Part shown: positions 45,986-55,732 of the stretch, in pieces | Layout of the letters: every line of letters starts with the position of its first letter | Position numbering within the stretch: position 1 is the stretch's first letter | Made by a program: the position numbers and the translations under genes | NCBI GenBank assembly: GCA_050331815.1 | Contig: JBHJGM010000007.1 | Coordinates: 44,488-108,487 of the forward strand | Length of the DNA: 64,000 nucleotides | Source: Opitutales bacterium | Lineage (GTDB): Bacteria; Verrucomicrobiota; Verrucomicrobiia; Opitutales; JBHJGM01 | Reading direction: 5' to 3' | The notes under the pieces: generated by a model | Database searches by the model: none | The model's input: only the letters and a program-made list of their open reading frames with translations | What the model was told of the DNA's origin: nothing

Positions 45986-47398
45986 ATGAAAATTTGCTGC
46001 ATTGGCGCCGGTTATGTCGGCGGCCCGACCATGGCGATGATCGCCCATCAATGCCAGGATGTCACCGTGACGGTGGTCGACATCAACGAAAAGCGCATTG
46101 CCGCTTGGAACTCAGAGGACCTGCCGATTTTCGAGCCGGGCCTGGACGAGGTCGTCAAAAACGCGCGGGGGCGCAACCTGTTCTTTTCGTCGGAAGTGGA
46201 TGCGCAGATCGCCGCGGCGGACATGATTTTTATCGCCGTGAACACGCCGACCAAGACCTACGGCGTGGGCGCGGGCCGGGCGGCGGATCTGAAATACGTT
46301 GAGAAGTGCGCGCGGCGCATCGGCGAGGTGGCCACCAGCGACAAGATCGTGGTGGAGAAGTCGACCATCCCGGTCCGCACAGCTGAGAGTATCAAACGTA
46401 TCCTGACCTCGCGCAACGGAGGGCCGCGCTTTCAGGTGCTCTCCAACCCAGAGTTTCTGGCCGAGGGTACGGCCATCAAAGATCTGCTCAACCCGGACCG
46501 CGTACTGATCGGCGGCGACCAGACCGAAGAAGGCCAGGCGGCCATCCAGAAGCTGGTCGATGTCTATGCGAAGTGGGTTCCCTCGGAGCGCATCCTGACC
46601 ACGAACGTGTGGTCCAGCGAGCTCTCAAAGCTGACCGCCAACGCCTTCCTGGCCCAACGTATCTCGTCGATCAACGCGATCAGCGCGCTGTGCGAGGCGA
46701 CCGGGGCGGACGTGGACGAGGTGGCCCGCTCAATCGGAACCGACTCACGCATTGGGCCAAAATTCCTGCGTAGTTCGGTGGGTTTTGGCGGTTCCTGCTT
46801 TCAGAAAGACATCCTCAATCTGGTTTACCTGTGCGAACACTTTGGGCTGCCCGAGGTGGCGGCGTATTGGGAGCAGGTCGTCATCATGAACGACTACCAG
46901 AAGCAGCGCTTTTCCCGCCGAATTGTCACCCAGCTGTTCAATACGGTTTCAGACAAGCGCATCGCGGTGCTGGGCTTCGCCTTCAAGAAGGACACGGACG
47001 ACACGCGCGAGTCGGCGGCAATCTACGTGTGCCGCGACTTGCTGGAGGAGCAGGCGCGCTTGGCTATCTACGATCCCAAGGTGTCAGCGGAAAAGATCTA
47101 CGCGGATTTGGCGGCGGTCATGCCCGGACAGGAGGCGTTCATTCGCGAGCGGGTTGAAGTGTGCCAGGACGCATACGCCGCTGCGGACAAGGCCCACGCC
47201 ATCGCCGTGCTGACCGAGTGGGACGCATTTCGCGAGCTCGATTACGCGAAGATCCACGCGGCCATGCTGCATCCGGCCTGGCTCTTTGACGGGCGCAACA
47301 TCATGGACCGCAAAAAGCTGGAGGCGCTGGGCTTCTCCACCTTCGGCATCGGCAAAGGCGTGCACGACCGTGGCGGTGTGATGGATTCAGGCGGTTGA
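45986..47398 (+). CDS. ugd: UDP-glucose 6-dehydrogenase (long, eukaryote-like form)
   Basis: [15 protein letters not shown] and [11 protein letters not shown] (catalytic Cys). 470 aa counted from the ATG at 45986. Confidence 0.9.
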   Translation: MKICCIGAGYVGGPTMAMIAHQCQDVTVTVVDINEKRIAAWNSEDLPIFEPGLDEVVKNARGRNLFFSSEVDAQIAAADMIFIAVNTPTKTYGVGAGRAADLKYVEKCARRIGEVATSDKIVVEKSTIPVRTAESIKRILTSRNGGPRFQVLSNPEFLAEGTAIKDLLNPDRVLIGGDQTEEGQAAIQKLVDVYAKWVPSERILTTNVWSSELSKLTANAFLAQRISSINAISALCEATGADVDEVARSIGTDSRIGPKFLRSSVGFGGSCFQKDILNLVYLCEHFGLPEVAAYWEQVVIMNDYQKQRFSRRIVTQLFNTVSDKRIAVLGFAFKKDTDDTRESAAIYVCRDLLEEQARLAIYDPKVSAEKIYADLAAVMPGQEAFIRERVEVCQDAYAAADKAHAIAVLTEWDAFRELDYAKIHAAMLHPAWLFDGRNIMDRKKLEALGFSTFGIGKGVHDRGGVMDSGG

Positions 47399-47410
47399 GC
47401 CCGGCTTTTT

Positions 47411-47962
47411 CTACGGCTTGGGTGAATTGATGCGGGCGAAGCTGCCCAGCTGGATGTAGGTTTCGCCGTCGGCCTTAAAGTCGAAGAGCGCGCCCAGGCG
47501 GTCGGGCACCGCGTAGTCGTCCCGCAGGACCAGCGCGATGCACTCCGCTCCCGAAGGCAGCTCGACCGTAAAGTAGCCGAACTCGATGGTGGTGGCTTCG
47601 GCGATGGGGGTCAGTGTCTGCAGAAAACGCTCCCATCGGCTGATGGCTTCACTTTCGGCCGTGCGAATGGCTTCGAGGCGATTGCGGTAGCGGGTGTAAA
47701 GATCGGGGTCGGAGCCGGGTTCGGGTGGCGTGAGGCGTGTGCGGTCGCGACGCACGTTTTCCAGCGCGTCGGTCAGGTTCTGGAGTTCGGTGCGGAGGTC
47801 CTTGGCTTGGGTGCCCGCGTAGATGTGGACGGTGCGCGCCTCATTTTTGGAGAAAATGCGCACTCCGCCTTCGTGCGTCACCTTCGATGGACCGCAGGCA
47901 GGTAGCACCAGCAACTTCAAGCCGATCGCAAGGAGACAGGCGGGGCGTAGGTAAGAGCGCAT
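47411..47962 (-). CDS. hypothetical lipoprotein
   Basis: MRSYLRPACLLAIGLKLLVLPACGPS signal peptide with lipobox. No family recognised. Confidence 0.5.
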   Translation of the reverse strand: MRSYLRPACLLAIGLKLLVLPACGPSKVTHEGGVRIFSKNEARTVHIYAGTQAKDLRTELQNLTDALENVRRDRTRLTPPEPGSDPDLYTRYRNRLEAIRTAESEAISRWERFLQTLTPIAEATTIEFGYFTVELPSGAECIALVLRDDYAVPDRLGALFDFKADGETYIQLGSFARINSPKP

Positions 47963-48061
47963 GGGTGCACTTGAGGGCGGCGAGCCCGAAGCGGCAAGCC
48001 CAGGTTGTGGTGCCGGGAAAAGCTCGACCGGACGAACGTGTCTGGGCGAACTTGGTCAGGT

Positions 48062-50524
48062 ATGCTTAGAAACTCTGGAGCGTCTGTCTGCCGTTGGCTG
48101 TGCCTGTGGTGCAGCTGCTGGCTGACGGTGTCCGCGGAGGGTTTGCCGCGCGGCGGGCAGACCGCCTTTTCGGGGCGGGGCGCTTCCGCATTTCAACTCC
48201 AGCGTGCGGTGATTGTGTTGCCGAAGGTGGCATCCGACTTGGAGCAACTGGCTGCAGAGGAACTGGCGCTGCACCTGGCGCTTTTGTTTGAGCGCGAGTT
48301 CCAGATTGTGAAGGAAGACGGCCCAGTCGCAGGCCCTGGAATTTTTTTGGGAAAGACGCGGGCGGCGGCGCAAGCGATGCCGGTTGACCCATCCCTGGAC
48401 CGCGACGGTTATCGTATCCATGCTGAGAAGGCACAGCTCTTTATCCGTGGCGGGACCGATCAGGGTACGCTCTTCGGTGCCTACGGACTCTTGCAGGATT
48501 TTTTGGGAATCTACTGGCTGGAGCCTGGCGCGCAGGGCACCTCGTTGCCGGCAAAGGTGCCCGCATTGCCATGCCGGTTGGACGTGCGGGTCGAGCCCTC
48601 TTACCTCTCTCGACAGATCGCGGGGCTGCGCACGCCTGAGGAGCGTGTCTGGGGGCGACGCAACCGATTGAAGAGCCGGTACGTTTACAACCACGGGCTC
48701 TTCCGCATTTTTACACCCGAGGTAGCGGCGGAGCACCCGGAGTTTTTTCCGATCATCGATGGCGAACGCCGCCTGCCCGCGCGTTTTTCCGGGGGTAGCG
48801 CCCAGCCCAACATCGCGCTGCCCGAGGTGGTTGCGTTTACCGCCGAGGCGGCGGAGCGGCACTTTCGCGAGAACCCGCAGGCACTGAGTTTCTCCATCGC
48901 GCAAAACGACAGTACGGCCTGGGACGAAGGTCCAGAGACGGCGGCGGTGGTCGAGCCCTTTCGCTATTTTCGCAAGGAGGCGGACTATTCGGCGCTGATG
49001 TTCGGCTTTGCCAACGAGGTCGCCGAACGGCTGGAGACGGCGTTTCCGGACAAAAAACTGGGCGTGCTCGCCTACCAGCAGACGCAGAACGTGCCGCCGT
49101 TTCCGGTGCACCGTAACGTGCTGCCGTACCTGGCGACGGATCGCTTCAACTGGCTGGTGCCGGAGTTTCGCGAGGAGGACAAGGCGCTGATCCGGGCGTG
49201 GGGCGAAAGCGGCGTGGAGACCTTCGGGCTCTTCGATTATCCGTACGGGCGGGGTTACCTTTTTCCGCGCTATGCGCCGCATTGGGTCGAAGCGATTCAG
49301 TATGCACATGCGTATGGAGCTACAGGATACATCGCCGACGCTGGGCCCATCTGGGGATGGGACGCACCGAAGCTCTGGACGCTGGCCCAGGTCCTTTGGG
49401 ATGTGGGACAGTCGCAGGTAGCGTTGCTGGATACCTACGCGGCGCGCGCTTACGGCGAGATAGCCACGCCCACCTTGAATGCGCTCCTCGGCAGCCCCCA
49501 TTTTGATGACGCTGTCTACGGTGAAGCGCGCTGGCTGAAAGGATTTTTCAATCTCTCCCAGTTTGAAGTGCTGCAAGGCTGGCCACCGGTGCGAACTTCG
49601 CTCGGCTCGGGAACCCCGCTGCCTGAGGCGCTTCCGCCGGAAGTTTCCCAGAGGGTATCCCGGCTGCGCGATTTGCTGGACCAGGTGCGGCCGCTCGAGC
49701 GATTCTATCGGCAGTGGCAGAGCGTAAGTGCCGCACCACCGACGGATGCACAGCTGGTGGACTTTGAGCAGAATCGCCAAGCGATGGAAGCAGCTTTTCT
49801 CAACGAGCGCGCGCAGGGGCTGACATCGCTGGCATTTACCGGGTTGTTTCGGCAGATCTTTCAGACGAGTCCGGTGTACCGCTGGGCGCTGGTCAACGAT
49901 TGGCCGGAATTTTTCGAGGGGCTCAAGGCGGAGGGGCTGGCCCGGCTGAAAGCACAACCGCCGGTCAATGCGAACAGCGGCTTTGAGCGCACCTTGTTCT
50001 TTGAGCGGAGGCCGCTCGATTACGCGACACTGCGCGAGTATCGACGAGTGGGCGGTTGGCAACTCTCCTTTAGCAACAGCGAGGGACTTGCTGTTGCCCA
50101 GACCGAGGGGGCGGCGTTCGCAGGACAGCGCGGGCTGTCGCTGGAAAATGCCGGGACCTTCACGCTTTCTTGCGGTGGCGCTGTCGAACCGGGCGACGCC
50201 GTGCTGGCGCAGTTGCAGACGCGCGGGCAAGTCGGCCCCGGCACGCGGCACACGCTCATCCTGGGCTGGAAGGACGCCGAGGGTCGCCTCTTGCAACCGG
50301 TGCCCGAGGACCGTCTGCCGCCGAGCCATACCTTTGAAGAATGGCTGCCGCTAGTCGTGTACGGGCAGGCGCCGGAGGGAGCGGCGTTCTGGTTTGCGGC
50401 GTGGGTGGTGCAGTATCAGGAAAGCGGGGACTGGGCGCAGGCAGATGCGTTTGAGGTGCGCGTACTCCCGCGCGCTGAACGCACTCAAGCGCCTGCCAAA
50501 GACGACGATGGCGAAGGGAAGTGA
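48062..50524 (+). CDS. secreted DUF4838-like protein (putative glycoside hydrolase)
   Basis: Signal peptide, then the N-terminal pattern VIVLPK...AAEELALHL...GIFLG...DGYRIHAEKAQLFIRGGTDQGTLFGAYGLLQDFLGIYWLEPG, typical of DUF4838. The opposite-strand 757-aa ORF is Arg-rich shadow. Confidence 0.6.
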   Translation: MLRNSGASVCRWLCLWCSCWLTVSAEGLPRGGQTAFSGRGASAFQLQRAVIVLPKVASDLEQLAAEELALHLALLFEREFQIVKEDGPVAGPGIFLGKTRAAAQAMPVDPSLDRDGYRIHAEKAQLFIRGGTDQGTLFGAYGLLQDFLGIYWLEPGAQGTSLPAKVPALPCRLDVRVEPSYLSRQIAGLRTPEERVWGRRNRLKSRYVYNHGLFRIFTPEVAAEHPEFFPIIDGERRLPARFSGGSAQPNIALPEVVAFTAEAAERHFRENPQALSFSIAQNDSTAWDEGPETAAVVEPFRYFRKEADYSALMFGFANEVAERLETAFPDKKLGVLAYQQTQNVPPFPVHRNVLPYLATDRFNWLVPEFREEDKALIRAWGESGVETFGLFDYPYGRGYLFPRYAPHWVEAIQYAHAYGATGYIADAGPIWGWDAPKLWTLAQVLWDVGQSQVALLDTYAARAYGEIATPTLNALLGSPHFDDAVYGEARWLKGFFNLSQFEVLQGWPPVRTSLGSGTPLPEALPPEVSQRVSRLRDLLDQVRPLERFYRQWQSVSAAPPTDAQLVDFEQNRQAMEAAFLNERAQGLTSLAFTGLFRQIFQTSPVYRWALVNDWPEFFEGLKAEGLARLKAQPPVNANSGFERTLFFERRPLDYATLREYRRVGGWQLSFSNSEGLAVAQTEGAAFAGQRGLSLENAGTFTLSCGGAVEPGDAVLAQLQTRGQVGPGTRHTLILGWKDAEGRLLQPVPEDRLPPSHTFEEWLPLVVYGQAPEGAAFWFAAWVVQYQESGDWAQADAFEVRVLPRAERTQAPAKDDDGEGK

Positions 50525-50533
50525 TCGGTTACC

Positions 50534-51166
50534 ATGTTGAAGCGGCTTTTTGATTTTGCGGTGGCGCTGCTGGCCTTGCTGGTCCTGTGGCCGGTGATGG
50601 CGCTGCTGGCGCTGTGGATCTGGGCAAAGCTGGGCCGCCCGATTTTTTTCCGCCAGGTCAGGCCGGGGCTGCGGGGCCGGCCGTTCGGGCTCGTTAAATT
50701 TCGCACGATGCGCGAAGCCTTCGACGCCGAGGGTAAGCCGCTGCCCGACCACGAGCGCCTGCCGCCGTTGGGGCGCTTTCTGCGGGGGACCAGCCTGGAT
50801 GAGCTGCCGGAGCTGTGGAACATCCTAAAGGGTGAAATGAGCCTCGTGGGCCCGCGCCCCCTGCTCATGGCCTACCTGGAGCGTTACAGCGCCGAGCAGG
50901 CGCGCCGGCACGACGTGCGCCCGGGCCTGACCGGCTGGGCCCAGATCAACGGGCGTAACGCGGTTACCTGGGAGGAGCGCTTTCGCCTGGATGTCTGGTA
51001 CGTGGACCACCGCAGCTTCTGGCTGGATCTGAAAATCATCGGCCTGACCGCCCTGAAAGTCATCCGGCGCGAGGGGATCAATGCCTCGGCGGAGGTGACG
51101 ATGACGGAGTTTATGGGCAGTACGGGCCCGGCGGCGGAGTCCGAATCAGGGTTGCCCCGGCAGTGA
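50534..51166 (+). CDS. small monotopic phosphoglycosyl transferase (bacterial sugar transferase, PglC-like)
   Basis: 210 aa. One re-entrant N-terminal helix, then RPGLRGRPFGLVKFRTM and DELPELWNILKGEMSLVGPRP. Confidence 0.85.
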   Translation: MLKRLFDFAVALLALLVLWPVMALLALWIWAKLGRPIFFRQVRPGLRGRPFGLVKFRTMREAFDAEGKPLPDHERLPPLGRFLRGTSLDELPELWNILKGEMSLVGPRPLLMAYLERYSAEQARRHDVRPGLTGWAQINGRNAVTWEERFRLDVWYVDHRSFWLDLKIIGLTALKVIRREGINASAEVTMTEFMGSTGPAAESESGLPRQ

Positions 51167-51188
51167 TCTGCGGGTACCCCTCTGCGCC

Positions 51189-51497
51189 ATGCAGCAACGT
51201 GTCCAGGAAATCGTGCGGGCGGTCGTCCGCGAGGCAGCCGAGGAAGGCGATCTGCCCGAGTTGCGGAGTCCCTCCGCGGATACGCCTCTGTTCGGCGGGG
51301 ACAGCGGGCTGGACTCGATGGGGCTGGTCACGCTGATTGCCGACTTGGAAGAGCGTCTGGCCGAGGCCTTCGAGCAACCGATTGTGCTGGCCGACGAACG
51401 CGCCATGAGCCGTTCACGCTCGCCCTTCCGCACGGTGGGCGCGCTGGAGGAATACGTTTGCGGGCTGCTGAGCGAAGCGGCTGCGGAGGGTGCCTAA
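51189..51497 (+). CDS. acyl carrier protein 1
   Basis: 102 aa. GLDSMGLVTLIADLE is a phosphopantetheine-attachment serine context. Confidence 0.75.
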   Translation: MQQRVQEIVRAVVREAAEEGDLPELRSPSADTPLFGGDSGLDSMGLVTLIADLEERLAEAFEQPIVLADERAMSRSRSPFRTVGALEEYVCGLLSEAAAEGA

Positions 51498-51498
51498 G

Positions 51499-52200
51499 AT
51501 GAGCGGCGTGATGCTCATTACCGGCAGCCGTAAGGGCATTGGCCGCGAACTGGCCGAGCGATACCTGGACGCGGGCTGGACGGTGGCCGGGTGCTCCCGC
51601 GATACGGCGGACTGGAGCCATCCTAGCTACCGGCATTTCTGCCTGGACGTCGCCGATGAGCCCGAGGTCGTCAAAATGGTCCGGGCGGTTGCCAAGGAAC
51701 TCGGCGGCTTAGATGTGCTGTTGAACAACGCGGGCATCGCCTCGATGAACCACGTGCTGCTGACGCCCGTCACCTCGGCCCGTCGCATTCTGGAGACGAA
51801 CTTCGTCGGCTCGTTCCTGTTTTGCCGGGAGGCGGCCAAGGTGATGTCGCGCCGAAAAAGCGGGCGCATCGTCAACTTTTGCACCGTGGCCACGCCGCTG
51901 CGCCTGGAGGGGGAGGCCCTCTACGCCGCGAGCAAGGCGGCCATCGTGAATTTTACCGAAATTATGGCGCGAGAGCTCGGGCCGACAGGTGTGACCGTAA
52001 ATGCGGTGGGACCCACGCCGGTGCCGACCGACCTGATTCGCAACGTGCCCAAGGCAAAGATGGACGCGCTGCTGGCGCGGCAGGCGATTCAGCGTTTTGG
52101 CACGGTCGAGGACGTGGCCAACGTAGTGGATTTCTTCATACGCCCGGAGAGTGCGTTCATTACTGGCCAGGTGCTGTACCTGGGAGGCGTGCATGGCTGA
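51499..52200 (+). CDS. SDR-family oxidoreductase (FabG-like ketoreductase) 1
   Basis: LITGSRKGIGRELA, NNAG and YAASKAA. The ATG lies 1 nt after the ACP1 stop. Confidence 0.8.
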   Translation: MSGVMLITGSRKGIGRELAERYLDAGWTVAGCSRDTADWSHPSYRHFCLDVADEPEVVKMVRAVAKELGGLDVLLNNAGIASMNHVLLTPVTSARRILETNFVGSFLFCREAAKVMSRRKSGRIVNFCTVATPLRLEGEALYAASKAAIVNFTEIMARELGPTGVTVNAVGPTPVPTDLIRNVPKAKMDALLARQAIQRFGTVEDVANVVDFFIRPESAFITGQVLYLGGVHG

Positions 52201-53575
52201 GCCTGACGTGGCGCAGTGGCTGTGGGCGCGGGTGGAGCGGATCGCCGAGCGCACTCTGCTGATCGACGCCGAAGGCGAGACGACCATCTTTGGCGAATTT
52301 TTTGAACGCGTGGAAGCACTGCGCCCGCAGTTTACTCGGGACGTTCTGAAGGGGTCACAAACGGTGGCGTTCGCAGCGGACGCCCGGGCGGAGACCCTGG
52401 CCCTGATGTTTGCCCTGGCTTGCGAGGGTCATGTGCTGGCACCGCTCTTTGCCGGCAACGAAGCCGAGCGTGCCGACCGTCTGCGGGAGGGCCGGGTCAC
52501 GTTGGAGGCGGACGTGCGGGATGGTCAGACCACGCTGACGCCCGTCGTATCCGAATTACGGATACATAAATTGGTGGCAGGTTTGCAGGCTGCGAAGCGC
52601 CCGGGACTACTGTTGTTTTCCAGCGGGTCGACCGGCAAGCCCAAGGCGATGCTGCATGACTTTCTGAAGCTGATAACCCCCTACGGCCTGAAGCCACTCA
52701 AAGATTTGCGGCTGCTTCTGTTCATGGCGCTGGATCACATTGGTGGCATCGACACCTTGCTGCGGACCTTTACCAATGGCAGCACGCTGGTGGCCGCGCC
52801 CGCGCGCGATCCGGAGACTGTCGCCCGGATCCTTGAACGGCACCGGGTTCAGGTCCTGCCAGCTTCGCCCACCTTTTTGAACCTGTTACTGCTCTCCGGC
52901 GCGCCCGCACGGCACGACTTGTCCTCGTTGCGCATCATCGCGTATGGAGCCGAGCCGATGCCGCAAGCGCTGCTGGAGCGCCTGGCCGATGCCTTCCCAC
53001 AGGCCTCGCTGCAGCAAAAATTCGGCACCAGCGAAACCAACGCCATCCGGGTGCAGTCGCGGGATTCGCGCAGCCTGGAAATACGTATCGATGCTGCGGA
53101 TACACAGTACCGGATCGAGGACGGCGAACTGCTCCTGAAGACGCCCGCGCGCATCCTGGGTTACCTCAATGCTCAAAGCGACGCACTGGCCGCCGCGGGC
53201 TGGTTTCGCACCGGCGATCTCGTTGAAGCATCCGACGACGGTTGGCTGCGCATCGTCGGGCGCAAGCGCGAGGTCATTAATGTTGGCGGTGAAAAAGTCC
53301 TGCCTGGCGAGGTGGAGGATTTTTTATCCGGGCTTGCGGAGGTGGCCGATTGCACGGTGTTCGGGCGGGCCCACCCGATGATGGGGCAGGTCGTCGCGGC
53401 GCAGGTGGTGCCGGCGGAAGGCGTCGACGCGGCAACCGTCAAAAAGGTGGTTCGCATGGCGTCCCGCCAGAGTTTGGAGGCCTGGAAGGTGCCCGTGCAC
53501 ATTGAGGTTGTCGAGGCGCTGAAGGTGGGCAGCCGCTTTAAGAAACAGCGGATGACCGAGCACACGGAGTCTTGA
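52193..53575 (+). CDS. acyl-AMP-forming ligase (AMP-binding superfamily)
   Basis: LLFSSGSTGKPKAM AMP-binding core, YGAEP, FRTGDL and GRKREVINVGGEKV. It overlaps the SDR1 stop by 8 nt. Confidence 0.8.
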   Translation: MAEPDVAQWLWARVERIAERTLLIDAEGETTIFGEFFERVEALRPQFTRDVLKGSQTVAFAADARAETLALMFALACEGHVLAPLFAGNEAERADRLREGRVTLEADVRDGQTTLTPVVSELRIHKLVAGLQAAKRPGLLLFSSGSTGKPKAMLHDFLKLITPYGLKPLKDLRLLLFMALDHIGGIDTLLRTFTNGSTLVAAPARDPETVARILERHRVQVLPASPTFLNLLLLSGAPARHDLSSLRIIAYGAEPMPQALLERLADAFPQASLQQKFGTSETNAIRVQSRDSRSLEIRIDAADTQYRIEDGELLLKTPARILGYLNAQSDALAAAGWFRTGDLVEASDDGWLRIVGRKREVINVGGEKVLPGEVEDFLSGLAEVADCTVFGRAHPMMGQVVAAQVVPAEGVDAATVKKVVRMASRQSLEAWKVPVHIEVVEALKVGSRFKKQRMTEHTES

Positions 53576-53605
53576 GCCCCTGCGTTTAGGTCGATTCAAA
53601 GGGGC

Positions 53606-54682
53606 ATGGCCAGAAGCCGATTTGAAGAGGGACAGATTCGAGCGGTCGTTACGAGTGTGCCGGCGACGGTTCGGCGCATTGACGATGATGCGGAACTGCT
53701 GGGCAATAACCCGGCCCAGCTCGAGCGCATCAAGAAAACCATCGGCCTGAACGAGCGCCGGGTCGTTCAACCGACGACGACCACCGCCGACCTCTGCGAG
53801 GCCGCGGCCCGGCACCTGTTGGAACGTGCGACGCTCGCCGTGGAATCGGTCGATGTGCTGATCTGCGTGACGCAGACGCCCGATTACTTTCAGCCATGCA
53901 ACGCGGCGTTGCTGCAGGGGAAACTCGGCCTGCCGCAAACCTGTGCCGCTTTCGACGTAAACCTGGGCTGCTCGGGCTACGTCTATGCGCTCTGGCTGGC
54001 CTGGTTGATGGTCAATGGTGGTGGCGCGGCAAACGTGCTGGTGCTGGCAGGCGACACGATCAGCCGCCAGACGCACCCGCGCGACCGGGCGGTGGCTCCG
54101 CTCTTTGGCGATGGCGGTAGCGCCACCTGGGTCAGCGCCGGGGCCGCCGGGGAACCGGTCTTTTTCGACCTGCACACCGATGGCACGGGTTTCGGCCACC
54201 TGATCGTGCCAGGCGGGGCGTTTCGTCAGCCGGCGGGTCCTTCCACTCAGGAAGTCGTCACCGACGCGGAGGGCAACATGCGCCGCGCGGACAACCTCTA
54301 CATGAACGGTGCCGAGGTGTTTAACTTTTCCATCAAGGTCGAGCCCAAGGCCATTCGTGAGCTGCTGGAGTTTGCGCAGACCGATGCCGATGCCGTCGAT
54401 GCCTTTGTCTTCCATCAGGCCAATCGCTACATCATCTCAAACATCGTGCGACGGCTCAAAGTGCCGCTAGAAAAGGCGCCCTGCGACGTGGTGGAAAAGT
54501 ACGGTAACCAGTCCAGTGCCTCGATTCCGTCGGCGCTTTGCGAGTCACTGGGTGGCACGCTTAAAGGCGCAACGCAGCGGCTCGTGCTGTCGGGATTCGG
54601 GGTGGGACTCTCGTGGGCGTCGATGCTCGCCGTGGTCGGCAACCTCGAATGCGCGGAGGTTATCACGCTGGCTGATGCCTAG
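53606..54682 (+). CDS. 3-oxoacyl-ACP synthase III (KASIII/FabH-like)
   Basis: NLGCSGYVYAL (active-site Cys), FHQANRYI (His) and YGNQSSASIP (Asn). Confidence 0.8.
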   Translation: MARSRFEEGQIRAVVTSVPATVRRIDDDAELLGNNPAQLERIKKTIGLNERRVVQPTTTTADLCEAAARHLLERATLAVESVDVLICVTQTPDYFQPCNAALLQGKLGLPQTCAAFDVNLGCSGYVYALWLAWLMVNGGGAANVLVLAGDTISRQTHPRDRAVAPLFGDGGSATWVSAGAAGEPVFFDLHTDGTGFGHLIVPGGAFRQPAGPSTQEVVTDAEGNMRRADNLYMNGAEVFNFSIKVEPKAIRELLEFAQTDADAVDAFVFHQANRYIISNIVRRLKVPLEKAPCDVVEKYGNQSSASIPSALCESLGGTLKGATQRLVLSGFGVGLSWASMLAVVGNLECAEVITLADA

Positions 54683-54742
54683 TATCCGGTCCGCAAGTAT
54701 TCGCTTTATCGATACGGCATTTCCTGCGATAAGGCAGCACTG

Positions 54743-54976
54743 ATGAACGACGACGCATTTATTTCTCAGTTTGCCGACAGCATCGAAGGGCTGGAGGCAG
54801 CCGGCCTGACGCTGGACACGCGTCTGGCTGACATCCCGCAGTGGGATTCGCTGGCAATCCTCACCACCATTGCCATGGCGGACGCGGATTTTGAGGCGAC
54901 GGTTAGCGGACAGGAACTCAACCAGTGCGCGACGATTGGCGACATCAAGGCGCTGATCGAGCGCAAGCAGGGCTGA
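54743..54976 (+). CDS. acyl carrier protein 2
   Basis: 77 aa. IPQWDSLAILTTI serine context, as in polysaccharide-locus ACPs. Confidence 0.7.
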   Translation: MNDDAFISQFADSIEGLEAAGLTLDTRLADIPQWDSLAILTTIAMADADFEATVSGQELNQCATIGDIKALIERKQG

Positions 54977-54979
54977 CGC

Positions 54980-55729
54980 ATGGCAGCGGGCGACCCCTAC
55001 CGCCTCGACAATCAGCGAATCCTGGTCACCGGTGCCAGTTCGGGTATCGGTGCGGCGACGGCGCGGCTGCTGGCCCGGCGGGGCGCTCAGGTGTTGCTTA
55101 ACGGGCGCGACGAACCGCGGCTGAACTCGGTTGCCCAAAGCCTTGAAGGCGAGCAGCCCCAGACTTTCCAGGCAGACCTCAGCGAGCCGGCTGCCCGTAG
55201 CGAGTTGGCCCGCGCAGTCGGGGTGTTGGATGGGCTGGTTTTTTCTGCGGGGGTGGCCAAGCCAGCGCCCGCCAAATTTTGGCAGGCCAAAGACTGGGAA
55301 CAGACCAACGCGATCAATCACGCCGCGCCCCTGTTGTTCGCCCGCGAGCTGCTGAAAGCCAAGGCGCTGGCCGATGGGGCCTCGCTCGTCTTTGTTTCGT
55401 CGATCTCCGCGCACCGGGCCAGCGTGGGCTACGGACTCTACGCGGCGAGCAAGGCGGCGCTGGAGGCCGGCGTGCGGGTCTTGGCGCTGGAGTTGGCACC
55501 TCGAAAAATCCGGGCGAATTGTCTGGTGCCAGGCTTGGTGGAGACGCCGATGACGGACGCGCAGTCGGCGATTCCAGATGCGTCGATGCAAGCCTACCGC
55601 GCGCGCTATCCGCTGGGCACGGGCGCGCCGGATGATGTTGCTTTGGCGGCCGGCTTTTTGCTGTCGCCAGCCTCAAAATGGACGACCGGCACCAGCCTAC
55701 TGCTGGACGGCGGCTACAGCCTCACCTGA
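54980..55729 (+). CDS. SDR-family oxidoreductase 2
   Basis: ILVTGASSGIGAATARLLA and YAASKAALE. It starts 3 nt after ACP2. Confidence 0.8.
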   Translation: MAAGDPYRLDNQRILVTGASSGIGAATARLLARRGAQVLLNGRDEPRLNSVAQSLEGEQPQTFQADLSEPAARSELARAVGVLDGLVFSAGVAKPAPAKFWQAKDWEQTNAINHAAPLLFARELLKAKALADGASLVFVSSISAHRASVGYGLYAASKAALEAGVRVLALELAPRKIRANCLVPGLVETPMTDAQSAIPDASMQAYRARYPLGTGAPDDVALAAGFLLSPASKWTTGTSLLLDGGYSLT

Positions 55730-55732
55730 GCC

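Noticed and set aside
48056-50329. 757-aa minus-strand ORF opposite the DUF4838-like gene
   Set aside because: It is extremely Arg/Leu/Pro-rich with no recognisable motif. The + strand product has a signal peptide, aromatic-rich enzyme-like composition and a recognisable N-terminal domain.
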